The translations under genes and the position numbers were made by a program. A stretch of 64,000 nt of DNA from Octopus vulgaris (Eukaryota), in NCBI GenBank assembly GCA_951406725.2, contig OX597819.1, forward strand, positions 72,044,001-72,108,000, given 5' to 3'. Positions 26,796 to 40,246 of the stretch are shown one piece after another. Numbering within the stretch: position 1 is the first letter of the stretch; each line of letters begins with the position of its first letter. The notes beneath the pieces are model-generated. The model did no database searches, was not told the DNA's origin, and was given only the letters and a program-made list of their open reading frames with translations.

Positions 26796-27614
26796 ACATA
26801 CATACATACATACATACATACATACATACATACATACATACGTACGTACGTACGTACGTACGTACGTACATACATACATACATACATACATACATACATA
26901 CATACGTACATACATACGTACGTACATACGTACGTACATACATACATACATACATACATACATACATACATACATACATACATACATACATACATACATA
27001 CATACGTACATACATACATGAGCGACTTATCTTGTCAGATGCAGGGCGTCTCACATTCAACCTGATTGTTCTGATTTCCTTTCAACCTTGCATGTGCGTG
27101 AATGACTTCACATGTCGCCATGCAACCATCGCTATAGGACTTCATAGAATACAAAAAAGACCAAGAAATAAAATGAGAGTGGGGCATCTGTACGTCGTTG
27201 GAATTAAGTGAAAAAAGCTTGTACAACCCTTTTGTTACTTTCTCGCTCGACATAGAAGCATCGCATATTGATTGGTAACTGTTTTGACTGCAAGTTTTAC
27301 TTCAGAATATCTTTCTCCTAGAAGAGTTGTCTTCCCCCGCGATTTTTTGTGAAAAACAACGGAAGCCTCTTCTACCTCTGGAAAGTATATTTAACCCAAA
27401 GTTAGGAACCTGGCAGGTACTAATGGTCCAGGTCATAACGGACCTGGGAGTAATGGTAATTAAAGGTTTATCCTCAAAGCGCAACCATGTGGTTTCAGTC
27501 TCAGCGGAACTGAGAGTGAAGGACGAGTCGATGAATGACAGGTCCTTTCTAATTGATAATCTTCTTTATCTTCTACTTGTTTCAGTCATTAGATTGCATC
27601 CATGCTAGGGCACT

Positions 27615-28188
27615 GCCTCGACATGAAGGATGGGTCATCAGCCACACGCTGACGTTGATCTTGACAGATTTCGATGCGAGGTTCTTTCTGCTCAGTGGCC
27701 AGGAAACGGAAGAGAAACTTGGCAAAGACACGCTGCATGTTCAATTCAGATGTTCGGATTGACAGCATGGAACCATACAACAGACCAACAGACCTCCGGC
27801 GAATCAACTGGACGGCCAGAACGGTGCGAATTTGAGGTCAAAATTTCCATTTTTGAACTTGGCATACCAATCACAAGTTGTTCTTTCAGCTATGGCACCG
27901 TCTCCATACACAGCACAAATGTCGCGAGCAGCTTTTGCGGCCTTGGAATCTTGATTAAAAGCAAAAAGGAGGTGTCGAAAATGCTCGTTTTTCTTAACTT
28001 GGCATTACATTTTAATGATCTGAAAATAAACAAAAATTAACTAAAATTAACTGGAAAAAAAAACAAAACAAAATAGATTCCAAAATTATTCAAAAATAGA
28101 ATTCTCGGAAAAAAATGGATTCCAAAATTTAAAAACGCAATAAATTCCGAAATTTTAAAAAATGGTGCGAACTTAGTTGCCAACCCAA
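27615..28188 (-). mobile_element. Mariner 5' fragment(s): TIR and N-terminal transposase, apparently chimeric
   Basis: TIR TTGGGTTGGCAACTAAGTTCGCACCATTT; CQVKKNEHFRHLL..KAAKAARDICAVYGDGAIAERTTCDWYAKFKNGNFDLK..SGRPV; then SELNMQRVFAKF..EQKEPRIEICQD..DDPSFMSR. Confidence 0.88.
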
Positions 28189-28716
28189 TTTATTGAGTTC
28201 TACACAAGGTCATTGGTCTCATAATGTCTAGGCGAAAGATATGTGCGTGCTTGTGTGTGTGTGTGTGAGTTAGTGCGTGTGTGTGTGTGTGTGTGTGTGT
28301 GTAGGACACCACTGTAATTATTCATTATATATTCATAAGAATTCAAAACACAACTCATCTATAATGAAAACATTGTAAATATTCGCCAACGAACCCTTCT
28401 GTTGGCTAAAACTTTTCACTAACTGGAACTTAAATTCCATTAAGGAAAGTATTCATTGTATAAAGGAAGCAGGATCGCATTCGCCATCAAATTTCTGTAT
28501 TTCTATTTCCACCACTTGATCGGAAGCACCCGGGAAGTACGTGCAAGTACATGCCTTATTATCCAGTGCTTCTCAGCCTCGTTTTGAAACCGTGACTGCC
28601 TTATTGAAACCTCTGACGGAACAGTTACATTATAAGTCTTTGAAATATTCAGAAACGGAAATCTATATTATGTTGTTAATATAAACATATACATATACAG
28701 ATATATATATATATGC

Positions 28717-28798
<82 letters not shown>

Positions 28799-28933
28799 GG
28801 ATGGATCGATGGATCGATAGCCGTCTATATTGATATATGTATATGTGTGTGTATGTGTGTCCCCGTGTGTGTGTGATTTATAAGTGTGTATGTAATACAC
28901 GCTTGCACATTACACACACACGCATATATATGT

Positions 28934-28992
<59 letters not shown>

Positions 28993-28994
28993 AT

Positions 28995-29492
28995 ATATTT
29001 AATGTAGGATAAAATTTTTTTCGAAAAAAATTTTATCAATGGCCAGCATATTAAAAAATACCTTTAAATGTTAAATTTATAAACAACTTGTAAATAAGAG
29101 CAAACGAAAAAATTTCTAATGCCAAATATGCCGAAATAAGACACTCTGTCCATAACCATATAATTTTTCAAAATACGCACGCTACTCAAAAAAAAGGTCG
29201 ACAGAAATCTCTAAAAAATTCCATTATTACCATATTTCAGGGTTAGTTCGTAAGAACCCTCCCTTCGTCAATAATAAATGTGGCAAAGAAATAAATGAGA
29301 TACTTACTCATACCCATGGAAGAAGCAAACACTAAGTCATGAGCACAACTAAGTACCCCAAATACATCAAAAATAGAAATTCTCCAGCCCATTTGAGACA
29401 CGTGCGATTTGAACTGAGGCTCTCACAGAGTGAGAGAGTCCGGAAGTGAAGACTATCAAATTTATATTTAATGTAGGATAAAATTTTTTTAC
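28995..29492 (-). mobile_element. About 0.5-kb (TA)n-embedded element with terminal direct repeat and degenerate hammerhead-like motif
   Basis: atatttaatgtaggataaaattttttt at about 28995 and 29464; minus-strand TGACGA-aggg-AGGGTT..AACCCT-GAAATATGGTA at 29221-29280. Confidence 0.5.
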
Positions 29493-29576
29493 ATATATTT
29501 TATGTAAAATATATATTTATTATAAAAGGTATATATACATAATATAATATATATCTATATGCATGTTTATATATAT

Positions 29577-29607
<31 letters not shown>

Positions 29608-30451
29608 GTACACACACACATACATATATATATATATTTATATATATATATATATCGTAACGAGACTAAATTTGCGTTTTTTTTTTAATTCGTATTTAAA
29701 ATAATGTATATAATAACATTACTCTTTTCTTTCTCTTCTTTGTTTACTTTTTCTTTCTCACCATTATCATCATCGCCACCACCACCATCACCATCATCAT
29801 CATCGTCGTCATCATCATCATCAGCTTCATGAGCATCACTTTCGTCATTGCCGTCGTCGTCGTCGACGTCGCCATCAGCACCATTACCAAAATCACCACC
29901 ATCACCATCACCACCGCCCCATATTTACCTATGCTATCGAAATGAATATTAAAATTACAACAACACTAGACTAAAGTAAACATCATCAACGACAACAACA
30001 ACAACAACCATCAACAACAATACCAACAATAACAAATTATATTTCCGGAGCCTAACATATCGCCTTCTAATTGTCTCTAGGTAATGATGCATAAACAATA
30101 TAACTGAACATGATGTAATTTTAATATCCACCATATTTAAACATGGCGCCCACTCATCTAAAATATATAGACACAAGAAATAATAAGAGAAACCGCAGCA
30201 AAAATTCTCAATTACATTAATGTATATAATATAAAGAAGTTTGCATAGACATAAGGACTTAATTATAGGCAGGAGTTATTGTCGATTAAATTGCCCTCGA
30301 AGTATTACTGGTATTTTTTTTCCGTGTCGAAGTTAAACAATGGTAATGAAAGACAAATGTCCAGACTGCCAGATGCAAGGCTCGGGACAATGCAAAAAAG
30401 CTATTTGGGTTTTATGCATCGTTTCCCTCATCCTACTTCACCCTTATCCAT

Positions 30452-30680
30452 CCTCTTCTTCTTCTTCTTCTTCTTCTTCTTCTTCTTCTTCTTCTTCTTC
30501 TTCTTCTTCTTCTTCTTCTTCTTCTTCTTCTTCTTTTTCCCCTTCTTCTTCTTCCTCATCTTCTTCATCCTCATCATCATCTTTTTCTTTTTGCTCTCTC
30601 GTTCTCTCTCTTTCTCTTCCTGTCTCTCTCTCTCTCTCTCTCTCTAGATATATATATATATATATATATATTCTCCTTTC
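30452..30680. repeat. (CTT)n, (CT)n, (TA)n microsatellites
   Basis: Directly visible; source of poly-F/S/E ORFs. Confidence 0.96.
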
Positions 30681-30771
30681 ACTCTCACCCTGTATTAATG
30701 TGCGTGTATATTCGCATGTGTGGGTATATTTGTATATCATTATCAATGTATACATATATGTACACGCACAC

Positions 30772-30818
<47 letters not shown>

Positions 30819-30875
30819 CAAGATGAGTTTGTAAGGGTAAATTATCCAGGCGAGTACTTTATATGTGCGTGTGTG

Positions 30876-30923
<48 letters not shown>

Positions 30924-32893
30924 CGTGTGCGTGTGTATGTGTGTGTGTGGAAGGAATCGCCTCAAGTTTCACCCCGTCGTTTTTTGGTTACTTTCTAGAA
31001 AGAAGAGAAAATATAACTGTTCTCCATACACTTCCATAAAGACGTTGTTCTACTTGGCTGTTAGCACTGGGAATTGTTTTAATTTGAACAATATTCAAAA
31101 TGTTATTTTCCTAAAATTTACAATCATTTCGATATATAGACTGGGAGCTTCACGCTGAGTGGATCGAAGCTGAAACACCAAAACATGAATATATTTTAAT
31201 AATATATCATCATTTGCACAGTGAACGGCGACTATGAAAACGGTGACTAGCGTATTTATTTTTAATACGTTCGGGCAGATTCGAACATGAATATACTAAT
31301 CGCTGTTGAGTTTCGTTTCAGGAGAGCAGATTCTCCTTTACGATAAATAGGTGTTTATAACATTTTCGATTCATAAGTGCAAGAGATTCTGGGACAGCCA
31401 GTGATTGGTCATTGCTGTGTCTCGTCAGTCAGAAGCAGCTACGGATAGTGATTTATTGAAGTAGCTTTCATATCTGAACACACAAAACGCAAAGGGAAAT
31501 TTTGAGTATTCATCGAAAACTAAAAACAAATGATGGTACGATTATTCTGGATGTTTAACCTTGGCATTGAGGATCTTAAAAAGGTTGTGAAGACTTGATA
31601 ACGTGTGCATAACGAATATAGTGATGGTAAAATTAGGGCTTCAATTCCTAATATGCAATTCATTCGTCAAGTTTCTAACATCTTCCAAAGAAAATAGCAA
31701 GTTCTGAGACAGTGTCTTAATTGAGTCTCTGTAGGATGGCACAAAAGCTAGTGCAAATCTGTGACCTTATGAGAAGTTACAGAAACACCATTTGGGAGCA
31801 GAACCAGTAGCTTAGTTACCTTTGTCAGGTTTGTGTCGGATGTCACAATTTCTAAAACGTAAATTCTATCCGCCTTAGAACATTTCGTTTTTCATTTTCT
31901 CCCTGCTTTTGTCACTAATTGTGAATGATATCGCTTTTTGATCACTGTGTAATGTGGAATAGCCTCCTAGTAAATAGGCTTGCCATTTCATTCTGTATAT
32001 CACATTGTATGGTAGCCATCATCTCCTTTTCATTTGACGAGAGATTCTATTCAAAACGGCAAAGGAGTAAAGCTACAGGTTTATTATACAATGAAAGGAC
32101 AGCTGAGATTGTACTTGCAGAAGTATTCGGTTGGACATGTAGATGAATTTCAAATAAGACAGATGAAAGAGAGAGAGAGTGAGAGAGAGAGTGAGAGAGA
32201 GAGAGAGAGAGTGAGTGGGAATACTAAGTATTAAAGTGTCAATAGGCGTCATTTTTCAATGGAAGAGAAGAATGTATTCTTTAGCGGTTCTTTTAGATCC
32301 AAGAAAGGAGACACCTATTTAGAACAATAAAGAAACAAACCGAGAAACAGCAGCAGTTGTATAGCATTGCTAGGTGACCAGTAATGAAGGGGGGGAGGTA
32401 ATTATTTTCTGGGTAACAGATGCCTATTTGATGGACGAGAGCGTTATCGTTGCTCAACGTAACGTTTTGTGTTTTAATGGCTAAAATAAATTTGGCCACG
32501 ATCTCATCATGTTTCTCGATAGTTTATCTTTGATAATCATCATATTGATGACATAGGTGCTCACACCTTTGATGTGATTATCGATCACCTTGCCATTCGT
32601 CATCAACCTTTGGAAATCACTTACAGTATTAGTTACTCCAAAGAGTAATCTCTTAAATTGATATTTACGTGCGTCAGCTTCAAAAGGACGGTATTCCTTT
32701 ATTCCTTATCTTCTATGAAGACTGGGATCTGATGGTGAAAGATAGCTTTTAAATCCAGTTGGCTGCAGAATTTATTGTAGGAAATCACTTCTATGTATGT
32801 ATGTATGTATGTATGAATAAATGAATTAATGTATGTAAGCATGAATGTATGTACAAATACCTTCTTATTTACATATATATGAGTGTATATAGC

Positions 32894-32988
<95 letters not shown>

Positions 32989-33239
32989 CTATACATATAC
33001 ATAATATTACATTGTATAATACGTGAGTATGCATATCTATGTATCTATATGCATATCTATCTATATCAGTACATATCTCATACATATACATGTATGTATG
33101 TACGTATGTATGTATGTATGTATGTATGTATGTATGTATGTATGTATGTATGTATGTATGTATGTGTGTGTGTGTATGTATGACTGTAAGTATGAATGTA
33201 AGTACAGATGGAAGAATGTGTGTGTATGTATGCGTGTAT

Positions 33240-33860
33240 GTATGTCTCTTCTATTTTTTAATTATTATAAACCTTCCACTGAGCAAGAAGCCGGTTTCCA
33301 ACAAAGATGTAAGGCTCCATCCTTGGGATCTAGTTAAGACGGACAAATTCGCGTTTGGAACTTGAGAAAAGTCTTGCATATTTTTACTCTTCCACTCACA
33401 GATTGCTCTTGTAATGTACGAATTAGCCGGTCAATTTCTCTTTCTGTAAATCCCAGTACACCCAGATTCTCTTTTAAGCATTTATTAACAAAACCCAGTG
33501 CTCCAATTATTATTGCTATGAATATGAATTCATAGTCTGGATATAGAAGCTGGAGGTTTCGAAGCTGTTGTCCGTAGATATCCTCTTTTTCTTTGATTTT
33601 CAAAGAGATATTTATATCTGCAGGGCAGCTGATCTCTATGATGCTACATACCTTTGCCCCCCTGTCCCAAACAACAATATCCGGCCTGTTATGTTTACGT
33701 TTGACAGAGGTTTTGATGGGAATATTCCACCAGTATTCCTTGAATTGGTGTTTATGAATGTATTCCATAACAGAGGAATTTTCTAAGTATAATTCAGGAC
33801 AGTCTTTTTTGCGGATGCCCTTGTAAATTGTTTTAGCATTAGCACCGTGCTGCATAGGGA
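33240..33860 (-). mobile_element. RLE-type LINE 3' end (restriction-like endonuclease domain plus 3' UTR) ending in (CATA)n
   Basis: ORF 33334-33885: EYWWNIPIKTSVKRKHNRPDIVVWDRGAKVCSIIEISCPADINISLKIKEKEDIY..IIIGALG..KICKTFLKF, a PD-(D/E)xK RLE; frame still open. Confidence 0.92.
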
Positions 33861-35139
33861 GGAAGTAGCATTTATAAATATACATAATATTACATTGTAT
33901 AATATGTGTGTATGCATGTAGGCTTGTATGTATATATGAATGTAAATATCAATGTACGTATAGATAGATGAATATATGTGTATGTGTATGTATGCATGTA
34001 TGTATGTATGTACGTACGTGTAAGATGAGCTTTGTAGGTTGCTTGAGTCATTGTGATAAAGAAGTAAAATAACAAATAATGAAAACAGAGACCTTACAAT
34101 GTGAAAAGGAAATGTTAAGAAAGCTTAGTATATTTTGGGCACAAAGGACCTTTATCAGAAATGAACGGTTTGAAGAAATCTAAGTTTACGTGAATCGGGC
34201 CATGTCGGGTGCTGTACGAGCAATGGCCCTGGTGGTGGTGGAAACAACTAAACGTAGTAGCAGCACCATTTCTCCCAAAACATTGCCACTAGTGGGAATG
34301 GTGATGTGTGACTAGCGTAGCTTGGAAAAACTAGTGGTGAAAATAATTGTCTGTATTGATATTGGTAGCGGTGGTGTCACAGTAATAGTTGGTGCTGAGG
34401 TGCCGGCAGCTAATGGCATAAAGTATCGTCGTAGTGGTGATGGTTTTGGTGGTGGCAGTGGCAGTGGCCGAGTAAGGGGCAACCGTTGGCTTATAAAAAC
34501 TACCGATCCTTATCTGATCGATTGTTGTTCCTAAGAGTTAAGTCGGTGGATCATCAAAGGCTCCTTGATCGGGAGGTTTCCGACATTCCTATCTGTAGCC
34601 AGTATGAAGCGTCTTTCACATTGGTCGCGTTTCTGCCTTTCAGGATGTGTTTGCCGAAGGAAAACGCGTGTTTCACATGATTCCTCGAATGAAACTTACA
34701 TCAGTTTGAGTCTAAATTTCGGCACCTTTACATATTCAATTTTAAAACAGTATCTAAATCAATAAAACCAAACCTCTTAGTAGCAAAGAATTCATTGCAA
34801 GCAAGCTCGCCAAATAACTACTTCGCTTTGTCCAGCATTACCCACCTTTCTTTCCAGCAACGTTATTTTGGTGTTTATTGTCAAATCACAAGAAGTTTGT
34901 TATTCCTGTCGATACGTATGCACACTTAATTTATCAGCATCGTTTATAATCATGACAGAGTACAAGGTGTTAAACTCAACGCCTTTCATACATTCGATTG
35001 ACACCTCTTATCAGACGCTGTGCAACGAATCCTTTTTATTTTCTCCTCCAGTTGCTATTTTCCCTTTCCTATCTCCAACAGTTTATTATGCTTATAGTTC
35101 ATTGATATACACAGACTACCATTCTTATTAATGAGAAAT

Positions 35140-35250
35140 AAGGCGGCAAGCTGACGGAGTTGTTACAGCTTTGGAATGCCTCGTGACATTTCTTCTGATT
35201 GTTTATGCCCCGAGTTCAAAATACTGATGAGATCAAATTTGAATTTTATC
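35140..35250 (+). mobile_element. SINE family B head, diverged
   Basis: aaggcggcaagctgacggagttgtta..gagttcaaa. Confidence 0.6.
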
Positions 35251-35544
35251 TATACATCATCATCATCATCCCCCTCGAAATTACTATCTCGAGCCGTTGT
35301 CCTTATAGGGCCAGTTGCCCGGTTTCCTTGGAGCGACGTCACATTTCCATACAAGGATGAATGGCATGAGGATATAGGCGTATTTCTGTGTGCGCGCATA
35401 GGTGTGTGCTTACATGTGTAACTTTTAAGTGACTCAAGGGCTGAGAGTTTCATGCATTGATAAGTGCTATGCTCCAAACTCTCGACCCTTGAATTACTTG
35501 GTAACTGCTGCTGATATAGAATCATATATATATATATATATATA

Positions 35545-35702
35545 TGGTTAGAAGCTTCCTTACCAACCACGTGGTTCCTGGTTCAGTTCCACTGCGTAGC
35601 ACCTTGGGCAGGTGACCTCTACAGTAGCCTGAAGCCGACCAAAAGCTTGTGAGCGGATTTGCTAGACGGAAACTGATAGAAGTCCGTCTTATATGTGTGT
35701 GC

Positions 35703-35750
<48 letters not shown>

Positions 35751-35971
35751 TGTGTGTCTGTGTCTGTGTGTCTGTGTTTGTCCTCCTACCATCGCTTGAC
35801 TACTGATGTTGGTGTATTTACGTCCCCGTCACTTAGAGGTTCGGCAAAATACACCGATAGTATGAGTACCAAGCTTACGAAGAATAAGTCCAGGGGTCGA
35901 TATCTTCGACTAAAAAGCGGTGCTCCAGCATGGTCACAGTCAAAATGACTGGAACAAATAAAAGAATAAAA

Positions 35972-35975
<4 letters not shown>
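35545..35975 (+). mobile_element. SINE family A
   Basis: ggttcagttccactgcgtagcaccttgggcag..(TG)n..gcggtgctccagcatggtcacagtcaaaatgactggaacaaataaaagaataaaaga. Confidence 0.92.
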
Positions 35976-36036
<61 letters not shown>

Positions 36037-36069
36037 CAGACACACTTGCATATACATCTCTCTCTATAC

Positions 36070-37386
36070 AAGTTCTGTTCAATTTTACTTTTTTTTAAAA
36101 TTGAATGAAATTTAATAGTATTTTAGAATGTCTAATGGAATTAAACATTATTTTTATGCATTTGTGTACATTAAAACTAATTAAATATTATTTTACAGAA
36201 TAATATAATTAAAATTTCTTTGATTAAAACCCTTTCTAACATGGAAGTATCCAAAGAGCATTTAAGGTACATAATGCTTTATGAGTGCAAAAAAGGAAAC
36301 TCCGGAGCCGAAGCGACTCGAACCATAAACTCAGTTTATGGGAAAGAATGCTTGAATGAAAGAATTTGCTGAAGATGGTTTGCAAATTTCAGAAATGGAG
36401 ATTTCAGATGAAGATCAAACTTGCAGAAGTAAGTTTGCAAAATTCAGAAGTGGAGTTTCGATGAAGATCGAACAGTAGCCTGTCCAGTTGGGTTTGATGA
36501 TAAGCTCCTTGAGGCATTACTTGAAGAAAATCTTGCATTATCAGTTGAAGAATTGGCAATAAAGCTTAGTCCAAACCATACAACTGTTTGTCATCTTCAA
36601 CAACTTGGATAGGTTCCTAATCTTGGAAAATGGGTGCCTCATGAATTGTCCGAAAGCAACCGCAAATCCCGAGTTGACATCTGCTCTTCTCTCCATTCTC
36701 GCGAACTCATTTCACCCTTTTTGGATAGACTTGTGACTGGTGACGAAAAATGGATCTTCTATCGAAATGTTAAACGTCGTAAACAGTGTTTTGGTAAAAG
36801 GGAACAAGCTCAACCACAACCGAGAAGAGAACTTCATGGAAGAACGTTTCTTCTCTCTAGTGGGATTGCAAAGGTGTAGTTCACTTTGAATTGTTACCAC
36901 CTAATGCAACAAACAATGCTCAAGTCTACTGTCAGCAATTAGAGCGTTTGAACCAAGCTTTGAAGAAATTAAAACCTGCTTTAGTGAATCGAAAAAGAGT
37001 GATATTTCATCAGGACAATGCGCGAACCCACACTACAAAGATCACATCACAGAAGATCGAAGAGCTTGGTTGGGAAAAAAATTCCTCATCCATCTTATTC
37101 TCCCGACCTTGCTCCTTCAGACTACCATTTATTTCGTAGTTTACAGAATCATTTGGGGGACATAACTCTCGGAAGCTAGGAGGAGGTCAAAACTGACATT
37201 TCAGAGTTCTTCGCTTTGAAACCGAAAGAATTTTACATTGATGGGATTAAAAAGCTTGTAAGTAGATGGTAAGAAGTCGTAGATAATCAGGGAAAGTACA
37301 TTGATGATTAAATTTCAATTAAATATAACATTTGATCACTTGCTTTCTTCATTCAAAATTCGGACAGAACTTATGGGATGACCTGA
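36070..37386 (+). mobile_element. Near-full-length mariner transposon (DD34D), decayed; 5' TIR partly lost
   Basis: 3' TIR ttcggacagaacttatgggatgacctga followed by TA; 5' remnant aagttctgttcaatttt. Confidence 0.93.
36241..37311 (+). pseudogene. Mariner transposase pseudogene
   Basis: MEVSKEHLRYIMLYECKKGN..WVPHELSE..LVTGDEKWIFY..FHQDNARTH..YSPDLAPSDYHLFRSLQNHL..GKYIDD*; stops and frameshifts. Confidence 0.95.
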
Positions 37387-37954
37387 TATATATGTGTGTG
37401 TGTATCTTATATTATATTACATAATGTTTTGTATGTAAGTATGTCGATAAAATAAATACTTGGCTTCATATGATCCTCTATATGCTTGAAAGTGATGCTC
37501 CAGCATGGCCGTACACCACTGAATGAAAGCAAGCCGAAGCAAATAAATAAATAAAAATTATGATTAAATTTGGTTTCAATTTTTTTCTTTTAGCTGACTT
37601 CAATTTATCTTACATAAAATCTTTCTGGTTTTTATAACTTTAAATGTATAACGTTGAAACTTTTAGTTGCACAGAGGTTATTAAAATCACACATATTGCC
37701 TGTGTAGGAAGATTTTGAAATTCAATTTACGTAGAACAAAATTTAGAAACTAAATAACGAAATAAATAAATAAATGAATAAATTGGTTTATATTCCAGGA
37801 TATAGGATAGATATTAATATTATCCTTTTTATCAGACGGAGAATCTTTTCTTTAAGAAGTGAGGGTGATGTAGAAAATTGATTTCATAGAAGAGTATATA
37901 CTACTGCGGTTTATCTTCCAGCTTTGCAACAGTTTTGAATAATCTTACGCATAC

Positions 37955-38016
<62 letters not shown>

Positions 38017-38219
38017 ACATATGTATGAATGTATATGCCTGTATGCACGTTTGTGTGGATGTGTGTGTGTGCGTGTGGTGTGTGAGTATATATGTATATA
38101 TAACTAGAGCATATATACAGAGATTAGAAATGCAACCAAAACTGCGATCATACGCTAAATAAATATATCTTTAACCTCGTCGTGATCGTAACATTGGTTA
38201 CAGATTTTAATATATTATA

Positions 38220-38512
38220 CTTACGCACACACATATACACAAATATACAAACACACAAACACACACATGCACACACACACACATACACACACACACATAT
38301 ATATATATGTATGTGACTATAAATATATATATATATTTATTTATATACTTATATACATACATACAGGTGTATAACTACACATATATTTATTGCATACATA
38401 TACATATATATATAGATATAGATAGATACATACATACATACATAGGTAGGTAGGTAGGTAGGTAGATAGATAGATAGACATACATTGATATATATATGTG
38501 TGTATATATATA

Positions 38513-38556
<44 letters not shown>

Positions 38557-38605
38557 TATATATGCATACATATATACATGTATATATATATGCATATATA
38601 TATGC

Positions 38606-38690
<85 letters not shown>
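38220..38690. repeat. (CA)n/(TA)n/(GGTA)n low-complexity block
   Basis: Directly visible. Confidence 0.95.
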
Positions 38691-38691
<1 letters not shown>

Positions 38692-38971
38692 TTTTAGTTT
38701 TAAAACCTGTTCTAGAACAATCCGGGAAAATATAATTATCACTGGTATATAAATGTAATCCCCTTGATTTGAAACCTGTTTAATAAGTGCCAAGGCAGGA
38801 AATCTCGGCCGTTCAATTACTCTGCAACTTCTGCCGATTATATATATGTATATGTATGTGTGTTTACATATATATTTTATTTTTATTTATTTTATTTTAA
38901 TCCAGTTTCAGCTCACGAGCTCGGGCCATGCTGGGGCACCGCCATTTGGTGTTGCTACATGCTTTTACTTC

Positions 38972-39035
<64 letters not shown>

Positions 39036-39039
39036 GGTA

Positions 39040-39175
39040 AATGGAATATACGGGAAAATATATTTATCACAACAATCGTTTCGACGCATCATGCATCGTT
39101 CCCTCGAGAGAGAGAGCGATGCAGGACTTGCCAAAAAGTTCAATGTGACCAATAAAGTTTCCCGTATATTCCATT
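39040..39175. repeat. Short fold-back element
   Basis: aatggaatatacgggaaa ... tttcccgtatattccatt 18-bp perfect IR with inner tgcatcg/cgatgca IR. Confidence 0.8.
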
Positions 39176-39351
39176 TTCGTTTCTGATATACCCAACGTAC
39201 ACAAAGGAATTTTTCATATAAAAATTACGAATTACCGTGGATAACGCCAGGTAGCCATTTGCAGTGAACGTGCTTTATCGGCATAACACTAGGAACATAC
39301 CCAATACGTAAGTTTTTAATTTTGATCTGTGAAGATATATATATATATTGA

Positions 39352-39735
39352 TAGGTGTATGAGTGGCTGTGGTATGTAGCTTGCTTACAAACTACATGGT
39401 TCCGGGTTCAATCCCACTGCGTGGTACCTTGGGCAAGTGCCTTCTACTATAGTCTCGGGCCGACCAAAGCCTAGTGAGTGGATTTAGTAGGTGGAAACTG
39501 AAAGAAGCCCGTCGTATATATGTATGTGTGTGTGTGTGTCTGTGATTGTGCCCCCAACATCGCTTGACAACCGATGCTGGGTATGTTTACGTCCCCGTAA
39601 CTTAGCGTTTCGGCAAAAGAGTCCGATAGAATAAGTACTAGGCTTAGAAAGAATAAGTCCTGGGGTCGATTTGCTCGACTAAAGGCAGTGCTCCAGCAAG
39701 GCCTCAGCCAAAAATGACTGAAACAAGTAAAAGAG
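39352..39735 (+). mobile_element. SINE family A, full length
   Basis: aggtgtatgagtggctgtgg..ggttccgggttcaatcccactgcgtgg..ggtcgatttgctcgactaaaggcagtgctccagca..gactgaaacaagtaaaagag. Confidence 0.95.
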
Positions 39736-39837
39736 TATATATATATATATATATATATACATACATACATACATACATACATACATACATACATACATAC
39801 ATACATACATACATACATACATACATACATACATACA

Positions 39838-39869
<32 letters not shown>

Positions 39870-40155
39870 CTCATCAGCGACCCCTACCTGTCAGCTACTT
39901 ACGACACTAGGGATTTGCTAATCATTTATAAATCAAGTTCTGAATTCTATTCTATTTTGCATCAGCAAACATATGTATTTGTCAGAAGAATCACGAAACT
40001 TCCGGAGGCGTGAAATATTTTGTTTTTCACGGTGGAACTCGAAGTAGATAAAGCTATAAAATATTAGATAGAAAAACCCCTTCGATAGAAAAAGCCCAAA
40101 GCTGCTGGTGTAAAAGAAATCTACATTTGTTGCCGTATCACATACCTACAACCAC

Positions 40156-40242
<87 letters not shown>

Positions 40243-40246
40243 CATA

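Noticed and set aside
34125-34165. Minus-strand CUGAUAA-AGG..CCCAAAAUAUAC hammerhead-like string
   Set aside because: Both G8 and G12 are altered and no stem I is evident; too degenerate to support.
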